Shown here in pieces: positions 19,652-28,269 of a stretch of DNA of 61,276 bases; position 1 is the first letter of the stretch; every line of letters begins with the position of its first letter. The translations under genes were made by a program, and so were the position numbers. Below the pieces are notes generated by a model. It was not told where the DNA came from. It ran no database searches and saw nothing but the letters and a program-made list of their open reading frames with translations. The stretch lies in IMG/VR virus record IMGVR_UViG_3300033067_002048, positions 1-61,276 of that record. The stretch is one strand, 5' to 3'. The stretch is from a virus. Taxonomy: Duplodnaviria; Caudoviricetes.

Positions 19652-19932
19652 ACACCCCCATGACCCCCGAAGAGAAGACCGCTCACCAGGAAACGCAAAC
19701 GAAGCTTGCGAAAGAGGCGCGGGAAGCGCTCCTCTCGATGGCGACCGCCGAGCCCATCGTCAAATACTTCGCCTATGACCACCTCCCGGAGTTTCTCCGG
19801 GAGGTGAGCAAGCCCTTTGCGGACCTCGCGCTCGTCATGTGCCGGTCCATCCCGAGCAGCGCCGAGCGCGCGGCCGGTCTTCGTAAGCTACTCGAAGCCA
19901 AGGACTGTGCCGTCCGGGCGGTGCTCCCGTGA
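19648..19932 (+). CDS. Helical-hairpin phage protein, possibly Acb2/Tad1-like
   Basis: FAYDHLP..L.EVSKPF.DLA......P...ER..GLRKLLEAKD.AVRA pattern. Confidence 0.5.
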   Translation: MNTPMTPEEKTAHQETQTKLAKEAREALLSMATAEPIVKYFAYDHLPEFLREVSKPFADLALVMCRSIPSSAERAAGLRKLLEAKDCAVRAVLP

Positions 19933-20357
19933 GAGTGTTACTTGCGCTCGCGCTTCTATCGTCATGTGCGCCGGCGGGAGGCATCCTCCTCTCGCCTACG
20001 CAAGAGGTCTATGACGACACGCAACGCGCGGCACTCGCCATCAACGCGGCCATTGGTGACGAAAAGGTCGTGCTCGGAACGGGCGGCCTCCATGTGACGG
20101 CCGGCGATAAGGAGTGCGGTTTCTTCGATGGTCTCATCATCGAAGTGGCGCGCGAATGCATCACGCTCGATGATGACGCCGGTCCGTGCGTCATCGTCCA
20201 CGAGGTAGGTCACGCGCTTGGACTCGGACACTCCCAAGACCCGGGCTCCGTCATGTGGCCTAGTATCGTCGTGGGGCGTCGTCTGCAATACTGTGCAGAG
20301 TCGCTAGCGAAAGAATTAGCACTCGCCGGCAAGATTATTTTGCCGCCGAACGAATGA
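19929..20357 (+). CDS. Lipoprotein, matrixin-like (M10/metzincin) zinc metalloprotease
   Basis: Lipobox LLSSC; HEVGHALGLGH zinc motif; SVM Met-turn. Confidence 0.8.
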   Translation: MRVLLALALLSSCAPAGGILLSPTQEVYDDTQRAALAINAAIGDEKVVLGTGGLHVTAGDKECGFFDGLIIEVARECITLDDDAGPCVIVHEVGHALGLGHSQDPGSVMWPSIVVGRRLQYCAESLAKELALAGKIILPPNE

Positions 20358-20367
20358 AGGAGGTCCG

Positions 20368-20685
20368 GTGAAGTTCAGCCACTTCTTTGATTTTTTCTTG
20401 TTTGATTTTTTCTTGGTCAGCTCGGGCGTCACGGCGTCCACGTTCCTGGCCGCTGGCGGAAGCGGTAGCGCTGGCGAGCTGGGTGGCGTGACCATCCCGA
20501 GCACGGTGCTCGGTCCCATCCTCGTGGGCGCCTTCACGCTCATCGCGTTCTTCCTTAAGCAATACTACACGGCCATGGTCAACGTGATGACGCGACAAAA
20601 TGCCGAGCTGAAAGCGCTCAACGTCACCATCACCACCATGGACAAGCGCCTCGCCATCGTGGAGACGAAGGTGAGCGCTAAGTGA
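20368..20685 (+). CDS. Membrane protein (holin/antiholin candidate)
   Basis: Hydrophobic helix plus C-terminal coiled coil, immediately upstream of the amidase. Confidence 0.5.
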   Translation: MKFSHFFDFFLFDFFLVSSGVTASTFLAAGGSGSAGELGGVTIPSTVLGPILVGAFTLIAFFLKQYYTAMVNVMTRQNAELKALNVTITTMDKRLAIVETKVSAK

Positions 20686-21227
20686 TTGTCTTGAGCGTGG
20701 CGCACACGTTCAAAGCGCAGGGCGCCGCCTACGGCGGGCTCACGGAATACGAGGTCAGCAAGCGCGCGACGCGCGCGGCGTATGACTGGCTTTCGGGCCA
20801 GGGCATCCCGTGTTGTCTCTTCGAGACGGGAAGCTTTTCGCAGACGGAGAGCGTGCGGCCAAAGCAGCTAGCCGGGGCGATGGCTGACCTATCGGTGGAG
20901 ATGCACCTCAACGCGTGGACGGACCCCGCGCGGAACTTCTCCGAGGTCATCCACCACCCCGGTAGCATTGCTGGGTTTGCCGCGGCATGCGCCGTGAGTG
21001 ACCACTTAAAGAGCGGCTTCGGCGCCGTGAACCACAAGTGGCCGGCGAAGGGACCGCGCGGTGACGCCGGTCTCTTCTTCCTCAAAGGTCCGCGCCCTGC
21101 TATCATCGTCGAAGGTCTTTTTCTGAGTAACCCCGAACAAGCGGCGTGGCTTGCGACACCCGGCGCTCCCGAGACATACGGGCTTCTTGTCGCTGGAGGT
21201 TTGAAACAATGGTGGCTTTCTCGTTGA
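20682..21227 (+). CDS. Endolysin, N-acetylmuramoyl-L-alanine amidase (Amidase_3)
   Basis: IVLSVAH...TE, DLSVEMHLNA and PAIIVEGLFLSNPE catalytic motifs. Confidence 0.85.
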   Translation: MIVLSVAHTFKAQGAAYGGLTEYEVSKRATRAAYDWLSGQGIPCCLFETGSFSQTESVRPKQLAGAMADLSVEMHLNAWTDPARNFSEVIHHPGSIAGFAAACAVSDHLKSGFGAVNHKWPAKGPRGDAGLFFLKGPRPAIIVEGLFLSNPEQAAWLATPGAPETYGLLVAGGLKQWWLSR

Positions 21228-21634
21228 CTCTTCTCTCGGCCCTCGTCGGCGCGGATGCGCCAGCTTCTCTGCCCACGGTTGACTTGGATGTGGGCGAGGC
21301 GCTCAAGCAACTTTTGGCCTCCTTGGGAGGCCTCAAGGGCGCGAGCGCGCTCGGTATCGCGGTCTTCGTCGTGCAAGGCGTGTTGCTTTTCTTCCGCACG
21401 CAATTGGCCGCGTTCACCGGCAAGTGGCGCCTCCTCATCGTGACCGGGCTCTCGCTCGTGGCGGGTGTGCTCGGTCTCTCGATGGCCGGCGTCCCCTGGA
21501 CTACGGCACTCGTGCACGCCAACACGATTGCCGCCTTGCAAGTGTTCATTCATCAGCTCGTCAAGCAGCTCTCCGAGAAGGACCCGGAGCCCGTGCCCGC
21601 TCCCATTCCTCAAGGTAAGGACGGCCAGTCATGA
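21209..21634 (+). CDS. Holin-like multi-TM protein
   Basis: Several hydrophobic segments and a charged C-terminus; GGAGG RBS; follows the endolysin. Confidence 0.6.
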   Translation: MVAFSLTLLSALVGADAPASLPTVDLDVGEALKQLLASLGGLKGASALGIAVFVVQGVLLFFRTQLAAFTGKWRLLIVTGLSLVAGVLGLSMAGVPWTTALVHANTIAALQVFIHQLVKQLSEKDPEPVPAPIPQGKDGQS

Positions 21635-21984
21635 GCGCAAGCGCCGCGTTCTTTTGCGGCGTGGTAGTCGGGTTGACCGTGGCGCTCATCGTGCTCGCGC
21701 TCGCCAAGGCCGCGGGCACGGAGACGCCGTGGGAGAAGGAAGAGGCCGCGAGACAAGCGGCGGACGTGAAGCGGGATGCAATCCGCCAAGACGAAGGAAA
21801 GATGCATGACCTCGTTGCAACCGTTACGCCGGGCGAAATGGACCTCATCGTTGCTGGCCGTGTCACTTTGCGCGATGTCTTGCGCGGGCGTGACGAGCCG
21901 GGCTCCCCCTTCTACCGCGCCCGCCCAAGCGACGGAGGCGCCCCCGCCAGCGAGCCAGCCGGTCAATCTGACCCTCCTAAGTGA
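21631..21984 (+). CDS. i-spanin (Rz-like)
   Basis: Single N-terminal TM followed by a charged helical region; a lipoprotein gene overlaps it in another frame. Confidence 0.55.
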   Translation: MSASAAFFCGVVVGLTVALIVLALAKAAGTETPWEKEEAARQAADVKRDAIRQDEGKMHDLVATVTPGEMDLIVAGRVTLRDVLRGRDEPGSPFYRARPSDGGAPASEPAGQSDPPK

Positions 21985-22294
21985 CCGGCTGTCCTTCGAG
22001 CCCCCGCCGTTTCTGCACAAGTGCATCCTCTCGGCCGGCGATGACCGCTACTGCGCCACGGAGCTGGAGTTTCGGCTCTTCCTCCATTGGCTCGTCTCGC
22101 ACGAGACCGCCGTCAAGCTGGCCATCTCTGACATCGAAGAAGACCGGGACGTGTGGAAGGGTCGCGCCGAGGTCGCAGCATCGCAACAAGGGCTCAGCAT
22201 CGGGGCGGTCATGGGCATCATCGGCGGCATCATAGCCGCGCTCGGGGTAGGTTTCGGGGCGGGTTACGGCTTCTCGCTGGCCAAGGGTAAGTAA
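21806..22294 (+). CDS. Spanin-like lipoprotein (Rz1-like) with a C-terminal TM
   Basis: MTSLQPLRRAK..LLAVSLCAMSC lipobox, Pro-rich linker, hydrophobic C-terminus; starts inside the i-spanin gene after AAGGA. Confidence 0.55.
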   Translation: MTSLQPLRRAKWTSSLLAVSLCAMSCAGVTSRAPPSTAPAQATEAPPPASQPVNLTLLSDRLSFEPPPFLHKCILSAGDDRYCATELEFRLFLHWLVSHETAVKLAISDIEEDRDVWKGRAEVAASQQGLSIGAVMGIIGGIIAALGVGFGAGYGFSLAKGK

Positions 22295-22557
22295 CCGCAC
22301 TTGCGGTCAATCGTGCGCGAGACGGCTTCCAGCTCGTCCACGATGTGCGCTTTCCACATCATCGAGCGCTCCACTTCATTCGCGCACCATTCGAGTTGAC
22401 CGTTTACCTCGCTGAGCTGGTGCTCAGCTCGGGCGCGGGCTTCTCGCTCAGCGGAAAGTTCTCCGCCAAGGATGATGACGACGGACACGAGAAGAAGTAG
22501 CCCACAGACGCAAGCGCCTCTAAGAATGCGGCGAAGGAGCGCCTTTCGCGTATCCAT
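22264..22557 (-). CDS. Small membrane-anchored coiled-coil protein
   Basis: Basic N-terminus, TM helix, coiled coil; overlaps the 3' end of the glycosyltransferase; start uncertain. Confidence 0.45.
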   Translation of the reverse strand: MDTRKALLRRILRGACVCGLLLLVSVVIILGGELSAEREARARAEHQLSEVNGQLEWCANEVERSMMWKAHIVDELEAVSRTIDRKCGYLPLASEKP

Positions 22558-24467
22558 TGGCGGGGGCTTAGGCGGCTCCCCGGTCCCTTCAAGGCTAAGT
22601 TCTTCAAGCATGAGCACCATTGCGCCGCGTCCTCCGTTGCGATGATAGCACCCGGAAAGCCCTCGCGCTCGAAAGCTACGCCGCCCGCGGGCGTGCTGAT
22701 GACCGGGAGCCCGTTCGCGAGCGCCTCCAAGACCACGTTCGGATAGCCCTCATGGATGGAAGTGCACACGAACGCGTCATAGCGCTCGGGATGCAGCTCC
22801 TTCCAATCTTTGTAGACGACGGTGCGCACGGTCACATTCGGGAGCTTCGACATGCGCGAGAGCGTGTCCAGCCCGAAGAAGTCTTGGCTGTCACCGATGA
22901 CATCGAACAAGAACGGCTCATGCGTAGCCGCAGCGTGGAGCGCCACCTTGTAAAGCAACTCCAAGTTTTTATTGCGGTTGATGGAGCCGGCCCACAAGAA
23001 GCGGAGGAGCCGCTCGGGTTTGTGCGCGGGCGCGTCCGGCGTAGCTTCGACGGGCGTCCCGGCCATCGCCACGCGCTCGGACGGGTAACCAAAGAGCCGG
23101 GCGAGGTCGTCCGGCAATTTGCGATTGTCCGTGATGACGCCACCAAGCGCGGACATCGAGCGCGAAAACTGGCCCTCCGCCGCGTAGCCGCCAAGGTGCG
23201 GCGCCTCCTTCAAGTGCTCGAAGGCGTAGAGCGAGGCGTAGACGCGCCCTGTCTTGAGCGCGGGCGTGCGCGCGAGCGCGTCCCATGCGGCGCGGGAGTT
23301 GACGATGTGAATGCAGCCCGAGAATTGGACCATGAGCCGTTGCAACACGAGCACGCGCTCCGACGCTTCAAGGAGCATGAGCGCCGCGGCAGCTTGCCGC
23401 GCCCATTCGTAACCGCTCCGGCCCTCGGTCGCGATGCACACCGGCACACCACCGCGCTCTAAGACGGCGTTGCGGTAGTGCTCCACGCGCTTGTCTGCGC
23501 CTCCGCCGAGGCCGGCGAAGAGGATGAGGTGCGTGGCATACTCAGGCACCACCGCGGCGATGCGATGATAGACCTCATACGCCATTTGCGAGCCCGGCAC
23601 CGCATACTTCGGCCGAGACAAAAGCTCGCGATGGTTCGGCCACAACTCTGGCTCAACCTCGTGGGCGCGCTTCCACTCCCACAAGAGCCAGTCCCCGAGC
23701 GGCTCCGGCGACGGCCGGACGGGCTCGCCATCGTAGACCCAGCGCTTGCGCCAAAAGTCATTCGGCTTCGTCATGCGTGCCTCGGCGGCGTGCTTCTTGA
23801 CCATCGAGTCTTGGCGCGAGCGCACGAAGTGGGCGGTTTCCGGCACCACAGCATGGTGGATGCCGGCGCTCAGCGTGCGCGTGTTCCACTCCCAATCCTC
23901 GAAGCCGAATCCCGCACCCACGGCGCGGTAGGGATGGTCCACGAAGAGCTGGCGCTCGCCGAAGACGGACGAGGTCCAATGGTTCGTGACCATGAACGCG
24001 GACGGGTCGAAGCTCGGCGCCCGGCTGTCCGTGTGCTGCCACCACATGGCGTTGCTGTCGAAGTAGACGAGCACTTGCGGGTGCATCGCGGTCCCTTTGC
24101 CGAGGTCCGTTTGCGCGTAGGCGAGCGCGTGCATGAGCCAGTCCGGCCCCCAAATGTCATCGCCATCGAGGAATGCGACGAAGCGGCCCGAGGCCGCACG
24201 CACGCCGGCATTGCGGGCAAGCCCGAGGTCCGCCACGCTCAAGCTGATGATGCGCCGGTCTGCCACTTCATCGGGCTCTAGCTGGGCGCAAAAGCGCCGC
24301 GCCGTCTCCACGGTCTCCTTGTCGGCATCATCGAGCACGATGATAAGCTCCGCCTTCGTAGCGCGCGACAAGTGGGAGATGGTTTGCACGGCCGAGGCGA
24401 GCGAACGCCACAAGAGCAAGCCCTCCTTGTGCCCGTTGATGATGACCGAAACGTCTATTTGACCCAT
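22404..24467 (-). CDS. Bifunctional glycosyltransferase (GT2/GT-A plus GT4/GT-B)
   Basis: VSVII...LGLARNAG...FVAFLDGDD...FEDW (GT2) and WAGSI...KN...TSIHEGYPNVVLEALANGLPVIST (GT4). Confidence 0.9.
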   Translation of the reverse strand: MGQIDVSVIINGHKEGLLLWRSLASAVQTISHLSRATKAELIIVLDDADKETVETARRFCAQLEPDEVADRRIISLSVADLGLARNAGVRAASGRFVAFLDGDDIWGPDWLMHALAYAQTDLGKGTAMHPQVLVYFDSNAMWWQHTDSRAPSFDPSAFMVTNHWTSSVFGERQLFVDHPYRAVGAGFGFEDWEWNTRTLSAGIHHAVVPETAHFVRSRQDSMVKKHAAEARMTKPNDFWRKRWVYDGEPVRPSPEPLGDWLLWEWKRAHEVEPELWPNHRELLSRPKYAVPGSQMAYEVYHRIAAVVPEYATHLILFAGLGGGADKRVEHYRNAVLERGGVPVCIATEGRSGYEWARQAAAALMLLEASERVLVLQRLMVQFSGCIHIVNSRAAWDALARTPALKTGRVYASLYAFEHLKEAPHLGGYAAEGQFSRSMSALGGVITDNRKLPDDLARLFGYPSERVAMAGTPVEATPDAPAHKPERLLRFLWAGSINRNKNLELLYKVALHAAATHEPFLFDVIGDSQDFFGLDTLSRMSKLPNVTVRTVVYKDWKELHPERYDAFVCTSIHEGYPNVVLEALANGLPVISTPAGGVAFEREGFPGAIIATEDAAQWCSCLKNLALKGPGSRLSPRQWIRERRSFAAFLEALASVGYFFSCPSSSSLAENFPLSEKPAPELSTSSAR

Positions 24468-25090
24468 GACGCGCTCCAATGATGGGCGCAGACCACGCCC
24501 GGTTGCTTCATCCGCTCGGCTTTTTCCTCATCGGAAATGCCCCGCTCTTGCGGCGTCCACGGATAAAAGACGTGCTTCGGGAGCACGCATAGCCCCGTGT
24601 CCTGATGCGAGCGGACGAGCTGAGTGAGGATGGTGGTCCCGTTGAACACGGTGTCTCCGAAGGTGTCCGTGAACTTCGTGGAGCGGTACGTATCGAGCGC
24701 GCGCTTGAGAAACGGATGGCCAGGCTTCGGCGCCACGAGCACGGCGCCACAGATGAACGTGTCATCCTCGAAGCCCATGCAAAGGTCCGGTCCCGCGGCC
24801 AGCTCGTCAAGGAAGTGCTGGCGCACAACCTCCACGTCCGTGTCCACGTAGACGCCACCCAGCTCGTAGAGAAGCGCAAGCCGCGCCACGTCGCTGGCCC
24901 CGGCCCAATGCTCAGCCCGGTAGGCATCGTTGAAGTAGGGAATTTCATACAGCCAAGGCACGACGGAGGAGAGCCGAGCACGCGACCATAGGGTCACCTT
25001 GTCATGCTCGGGCCATGTCGCCATACATTGAAGCGCTAACTGATTTGGCTCTTTCGGGCCAAACCATATTGAATGGAATGGATAGCTCAC
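24455..25090 (-). CDS. Glycosyltransferase family 32 (Och1-like, DXD)
   Basis: HSIWFG...CMATW...SDVARL.LLY..GGVYVDTDVE...HPF...FYP...HHWSASW. Confidence 0.9.
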   Translation of the reverse strand: MSYPFHSIWFGPKEPNQLALQCMATWPEHDKVTLWSRARLSSVVPWLYEIPYFNDAYRAEHWAGASDVARLALLYELGGVYVDTDVEVVRQHFLDELAAGPDLCMGFEDDTFICGAVLVAPKPGHPFLKRALDTYRSTKFTDTFGDTVFNGTTILTQLVRSHQDTGLCVLPKHVFYPWTPQERGISDEEKAERMKQPGVVCAHHWSASWVK

Positions 25091-25305
25091 TTGCCCTCTC
25101 GCTTGGCGACGAACGCGATAGCCGCGTCCGCCGCGTCTAGGTAGTCGGTTGTTGGATTCTTCTTGACCTCTTGGCCTGGGCGGTAGGTCTCCCACACGCG
25201 GTCACGCAAGGGCTTGGGGACCATGAACCAATGGCGCCGGCACATCAGGAGCTTCGGCGCCACGGGGACCTTGCAGCCCTTGGCATGACACGTGTGGAGC
25301 ATCAC
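25087..25305 (-). CDS. Small Cys/His-rich protein
   Basis: HTCHAKGC...LMCRRHW..VP..LR..VW pattern. Confidence 0.65.
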   Translation of the reverse strand: MMLHTCHAKGCKVPVAPKLLMCRRHWFMVPKPLRDRVWETYRPGQEVKKNPTTDYLDAADAAIAFVAKREGK

Positions 25306-25709
25306 CGCACCTCGCCCGGTCTTTGAACAGCGGTCATGAGTCGCGCGAAGATGAGTGTGGTGATACGCGAGCCCATCTCCTCGGCCACGAGCTTCGCTAG
25401 CTCCGCGGCGTCACCGCGGATTGCGCTCATGCGTACATCATTCAGCTCTACGCGGACCCACTCTTCGCGCCCGTTGAGCTTGAACAAGGCGCGCAGCTCG
25501 TAGCCGAAGCCCACGGGCGAGCGTTCCGAGATGATGAACGGGACCTCGATGCCATCGCCCACGAGCACGGCGCTCATGACGATTTTTTTGAGGAGCTTTT
25601 CCTCCATCTCGTTCAAGAGCTTCATGCTCTCGTCCGTAGGCGCGCGGTGCTCGTGCACCGTCTTCGTGATGTGGCTCGGCGAACGATTGACGACGATGCG
25701 GTCAAACAT
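25302..25709 (-). CDS. Hypothetical protein
   Basis: TVHEHRAPTDES..LL.EME; coupled in the operon. Confidence 0.6.
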   Translation of the reverse strand: MFDRIVVNRSPSHITKTVHEHRAPTDESMKLLNEMEEKLLKKIVMSAVLVGDGIEVPFIISERSPVGFGYELRALFKLNGREEWVRVELNDVRMSAIRGDAAELAKLVAEEMGSRITTLIFARLMTAVQRPGEVR

Positions 25710-25710
25710 C

Positions 25711-26052
25711 TTAGTAGTCCTCCCCGCCCGTGTCTGAGCCGCGCAGCACGTCCCACAAGCGACGTGGGAGCGTCTTGACGTACCACCATCGCCAGCGCCA
25801 CTTCGCGGTGCGCTCGCGCTTCTCACGCTCGGCGACTTCTTGCCGGCAGCAATCGGCCACGTTGCCCCACCCCTCCCACGCCGTGGGCGCAGTCTTTGGC
25901 GCCGTCCCGCGCGGGTATTCGAGACCGCAACGATGCTCAGCGCACCACCATCGGTCCGCGAACATGTTGTAAGACCCGGACATGCCGCGACATTGCGCCG
26001 GGTCTAGGCCGGGATGAAATTCCCAGCGGCACGGTGCGAGCTTCTTAGCCAT
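25711..26052 (-). CDS. Cys/Trp-rich hypothetical protein
   Basis: Fills the gap between neighbours; start MAKKL. Confidence 0.5.
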   Translation of the reverse strand: MAKKLAPCRWEFHPGLDPAQCRGMSGSYNMFADRWWCAEHRCGLEYPRGTAPKTAPTAWEGWGNVADCCRQEVAEREKRERTAKWRWRWWYVKTLPRRLWDVLRGSDTGGEDY

Positions 26053-26710
26053 TTTTGAAGACCGCCCAGCTTTGCCACCCGCCGTCCGTTTGCGGGCTCG
26101 TGATGTACAACTCACCCACGTTGTTGTGATGTCGCCCACCGAAGCCGAACGCCTCGTCCACGGCCTTACGCACGTAGAACGGACCGCAATGTCCTGAGTC
26201 ACCACCCGCTTCTTCCATCGTCGCATACGCGGTGTAGGGCTCGCCGTTCTTGTGCCAGCCGTCCACCACGTAGTCGTGGCCCGCGAGCATGCCGCCCTTC
26301 TTCACGAGCGGGAACCACACATCGATGCCATCGCGCACGCCCTCGTAGCCGTGGTCATCGTCCAGGTAGACGAAATCGAAGATGCCGCCCGGGAAGCCCG
26401 GAAGGAGCGTGTGGAAGATGCTGGCGGCTTCGAGGCTCGTCATGCGAAGGATACCGCTCTTGCGCCCTTGCTCGGCCAAGATGCGCATGCCCATCACGCA
26501 CTCGGCCATGTAAGCGTCGTGCATGTCTTGCGTGTCGAGCACGCCGTAATACGGGCGCCACGGGTCCACGAGAATGAGGCTCGCGCCGTTCCAATGGGCG
26601 CGGATTTGGCGCGCGTTTCGTCCCGTCTGAACGCCGACCTCCACGCCGAGTCCGAGGAGGCCACGTTCATTGAGGATATGCGGGATTTGGTCACGTGAAT
26701 TAAAGTTCAT
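26045..26710 (-). CDS. Class I SAM-dependent methyltransferase (Methyltransf_24-like)
   Basis: GVEVGV..G, VDPW and FDFVYLD.DH.YE.V..GI..W...VKKGG.LAGHDY motifs. Confidence 0.85.
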   Translation of the reverse strand: MNFNSRDQIPHILNERGLLGLGVEVGVQTGRNARQIRAHWNGASLILVDPWRPYYGVLDTQDMHDAYMAECVMGMRILAEQGRKSGILRMTSLEAASIFHTLLPGFPGGIFDFVYLDDDHGYEGVRDGIDVWFPLVKKGGMLAGHDYVVDGWHKNGEPYTAYATMEEAGGDSGHCGPFYVRKAVDEAFGFGGRHHNNVGELYITSPQTDGGWQSWAVFKNG

Positions 26711-27822
26711 GCTGGCACTTCTTCTTTCTTGGTTTCGGGTTCGGTCTTGAGGTTGAGAGCTTCGCGCGCGATTTCGTCCAGCTTGTCTTCGCCCTTTTTG
26801 AGCGGCGGGATGCGCATGCCTTTGGACTCCTCCACGAGCTTGGAGTAGAGCATCACGCGCAACTTGTTGGACCGCGAGACGAGCAAGCGCTCACGCACCG
26901 CGTCCCACGTTTCGTTGCTCATGGCGCGCAGCTCCTTCGCGCTCTTCTTCGTGAGCATGATGAGCTTTTTGGCGAAGTCCTTGGGGTTCGTGTAGTTCGT
27001 CACGCCCGGCGCCCGCCAGTCGTCCCAGTCCGGCGCGAGCACCGCGGCGCCCGACCACGCGCCCTCCAAGATGCTGATGTTGCTTTTGGCGCGGTTGAAT
27101 GGCGTGTCCGCGAGCGGCACCACGAGGATGGAGGGTTGCAGCTTGCCGAGCAGCTCAAACCACTCCAGCACGCCGTGCCACTCGTATTCCTCGATGCTCG
27201 CATGCGGCATCTTCGCGTGAAGATGATGCATGCTCATGCCGCAGAAGGTCCACACGGCCGGCGCGCCTTCGTGCGCAGCGCGGATGAAGCCGTCCGCAAA
27301 CTTCGCCATGTCGTCCACGTGCGATTGACCGCCGCGCCACAGGATGCGGCGAAACGGGAGCCGCTCCTCACCGCGGCGAAGGACAAAGCGGTCGTCAAAG
27401 CCGTTCGGGATGACCGCGATACGGCGGTTGAGCGGGAGCCACTTCATCTTCAATTCCACCGTGGAGACCGTGAGGAGGTCCGCCTCAGTGATGAAATTTT
27501 TGATGAAGTCTTGCACTGCGCTCGGCGAGTAGACCGGAAACATCATGTTGTGACGCGGGATGCCGGTGTAGTCGTCATCGTAATCTACCACCACGGGGAT
27601 GCCGAGCGTCTTTGCCCACTTCATAGCCGAGAGGTCTTCGTTGCGACACGGGCGCTGGAGGATGAGGAGGTCATAGCGGCTCACGTCCGTGTGGTCCGCG
27701 TAGTTCACCACATCGAATTCAAACGCGCCGCCCGCTTGCTCGCGCAACACGGAGAGCGGCGAGACGATGCGCCACCAACATGTCCCGTCCTTCGGGTCCG
27801 GGGCGATGACAAGCACCTTCAT
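26707..27822 (-). CDS. Glycosyltransferase (GT-B fold)
   Basis: G.CWWRI..P, ILQR, VVVDYDD, ADLLTVST..L, VIPN, W.G..SH..D, VPL.DTPFN.AKSNI..LE. Confidence 0.85.
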   Translation of the reverse strand: MKVLVIAPDPKDGTCWWRIVSPLSVLREQAGGAFEFDVVNYADHTDVSRYDLLILQRPCRNEDLSAMKWAKTLGIPVVVDYDDDYTGIPRHNMMFPVYSPSAVQDFIKNFITEADLLTVSTVELKMKWLPLNRRIAVIPNGFDDRFVLRRGEERLPFRRILWRGGQSHVDDMAKFADGFIRAAHEGAPAVWTFCGMSMHHLHAKMPHASIEEYEWHGVLEWFELLGKLQPSILVVPLADTPFNRAKSNISILEGAWSGAAVLAPDWDDWRAPGVTNYTNPKDFAKKLIMLTKKSAKELRAMSNETWDAVRERLLVSRSNKLRVMLYSKLVEESKGMRIPPLKKGEDKLDEIAREALNLKTEPETKKEEVPA

Positions 27823-28259
27823 CGCGCACGCTCGCGCTTCTGCTTGGCGCGCTCACGGTCTTCGGACTCCAGCTCCAAGCGGTCCTCTTCGGCCTTCTTG
27901 AGCGCGTCCACTTCGGCCCACGACGCAACCGCGAAGCGATACTCCACCGCAATGCCGAGCTGGCGCGCGAGGTCGCCCACGGCGCGCACGGCTTCGCGGC
28001 GCGCGATGCCTGCTTGAAACTCCTCCTCGTCTTGATGCTTGGCGAGGGTCTTGGCCCATTTCTCGCGCGGCACCGGCTTCTCTACGACAATGAGCCGGAT
28101 GATGTTTTGCGGTGGCGGCGCCTTCTTGAACCATCCCTTGGGCGCGGTCGGGATGTAGTTGTCCAATTGAACCGCTAGCGCATGCACGTAGGAGTGGTTT
28201 TTGACCACCGCCTCCACGAGCTGCTCCTTTGCTGCTTCAAAATCAAAAACACCTTGCAT
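27819..28259 (-). CDS. Hypothetical protein
   Basis: AAGGAG RBS; coupled to the GT gene. Confidence 0.6.
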   Translation of the reverse strand: MQGVFDFEAAKEQLVEAVVKNHSYVHALAVQLDNYIPTAPKGWFKKAPPPQNIIRLIVVEKPVPREKWAKTLAKHQDEEEFQAGIARREAVRAVGDLARQLGIAVEYRFAVASWAEVDALKKAEEDRLELESEDRERAKQKRERAR

Positions 28260-28269
28260 GGTCTGCTCC

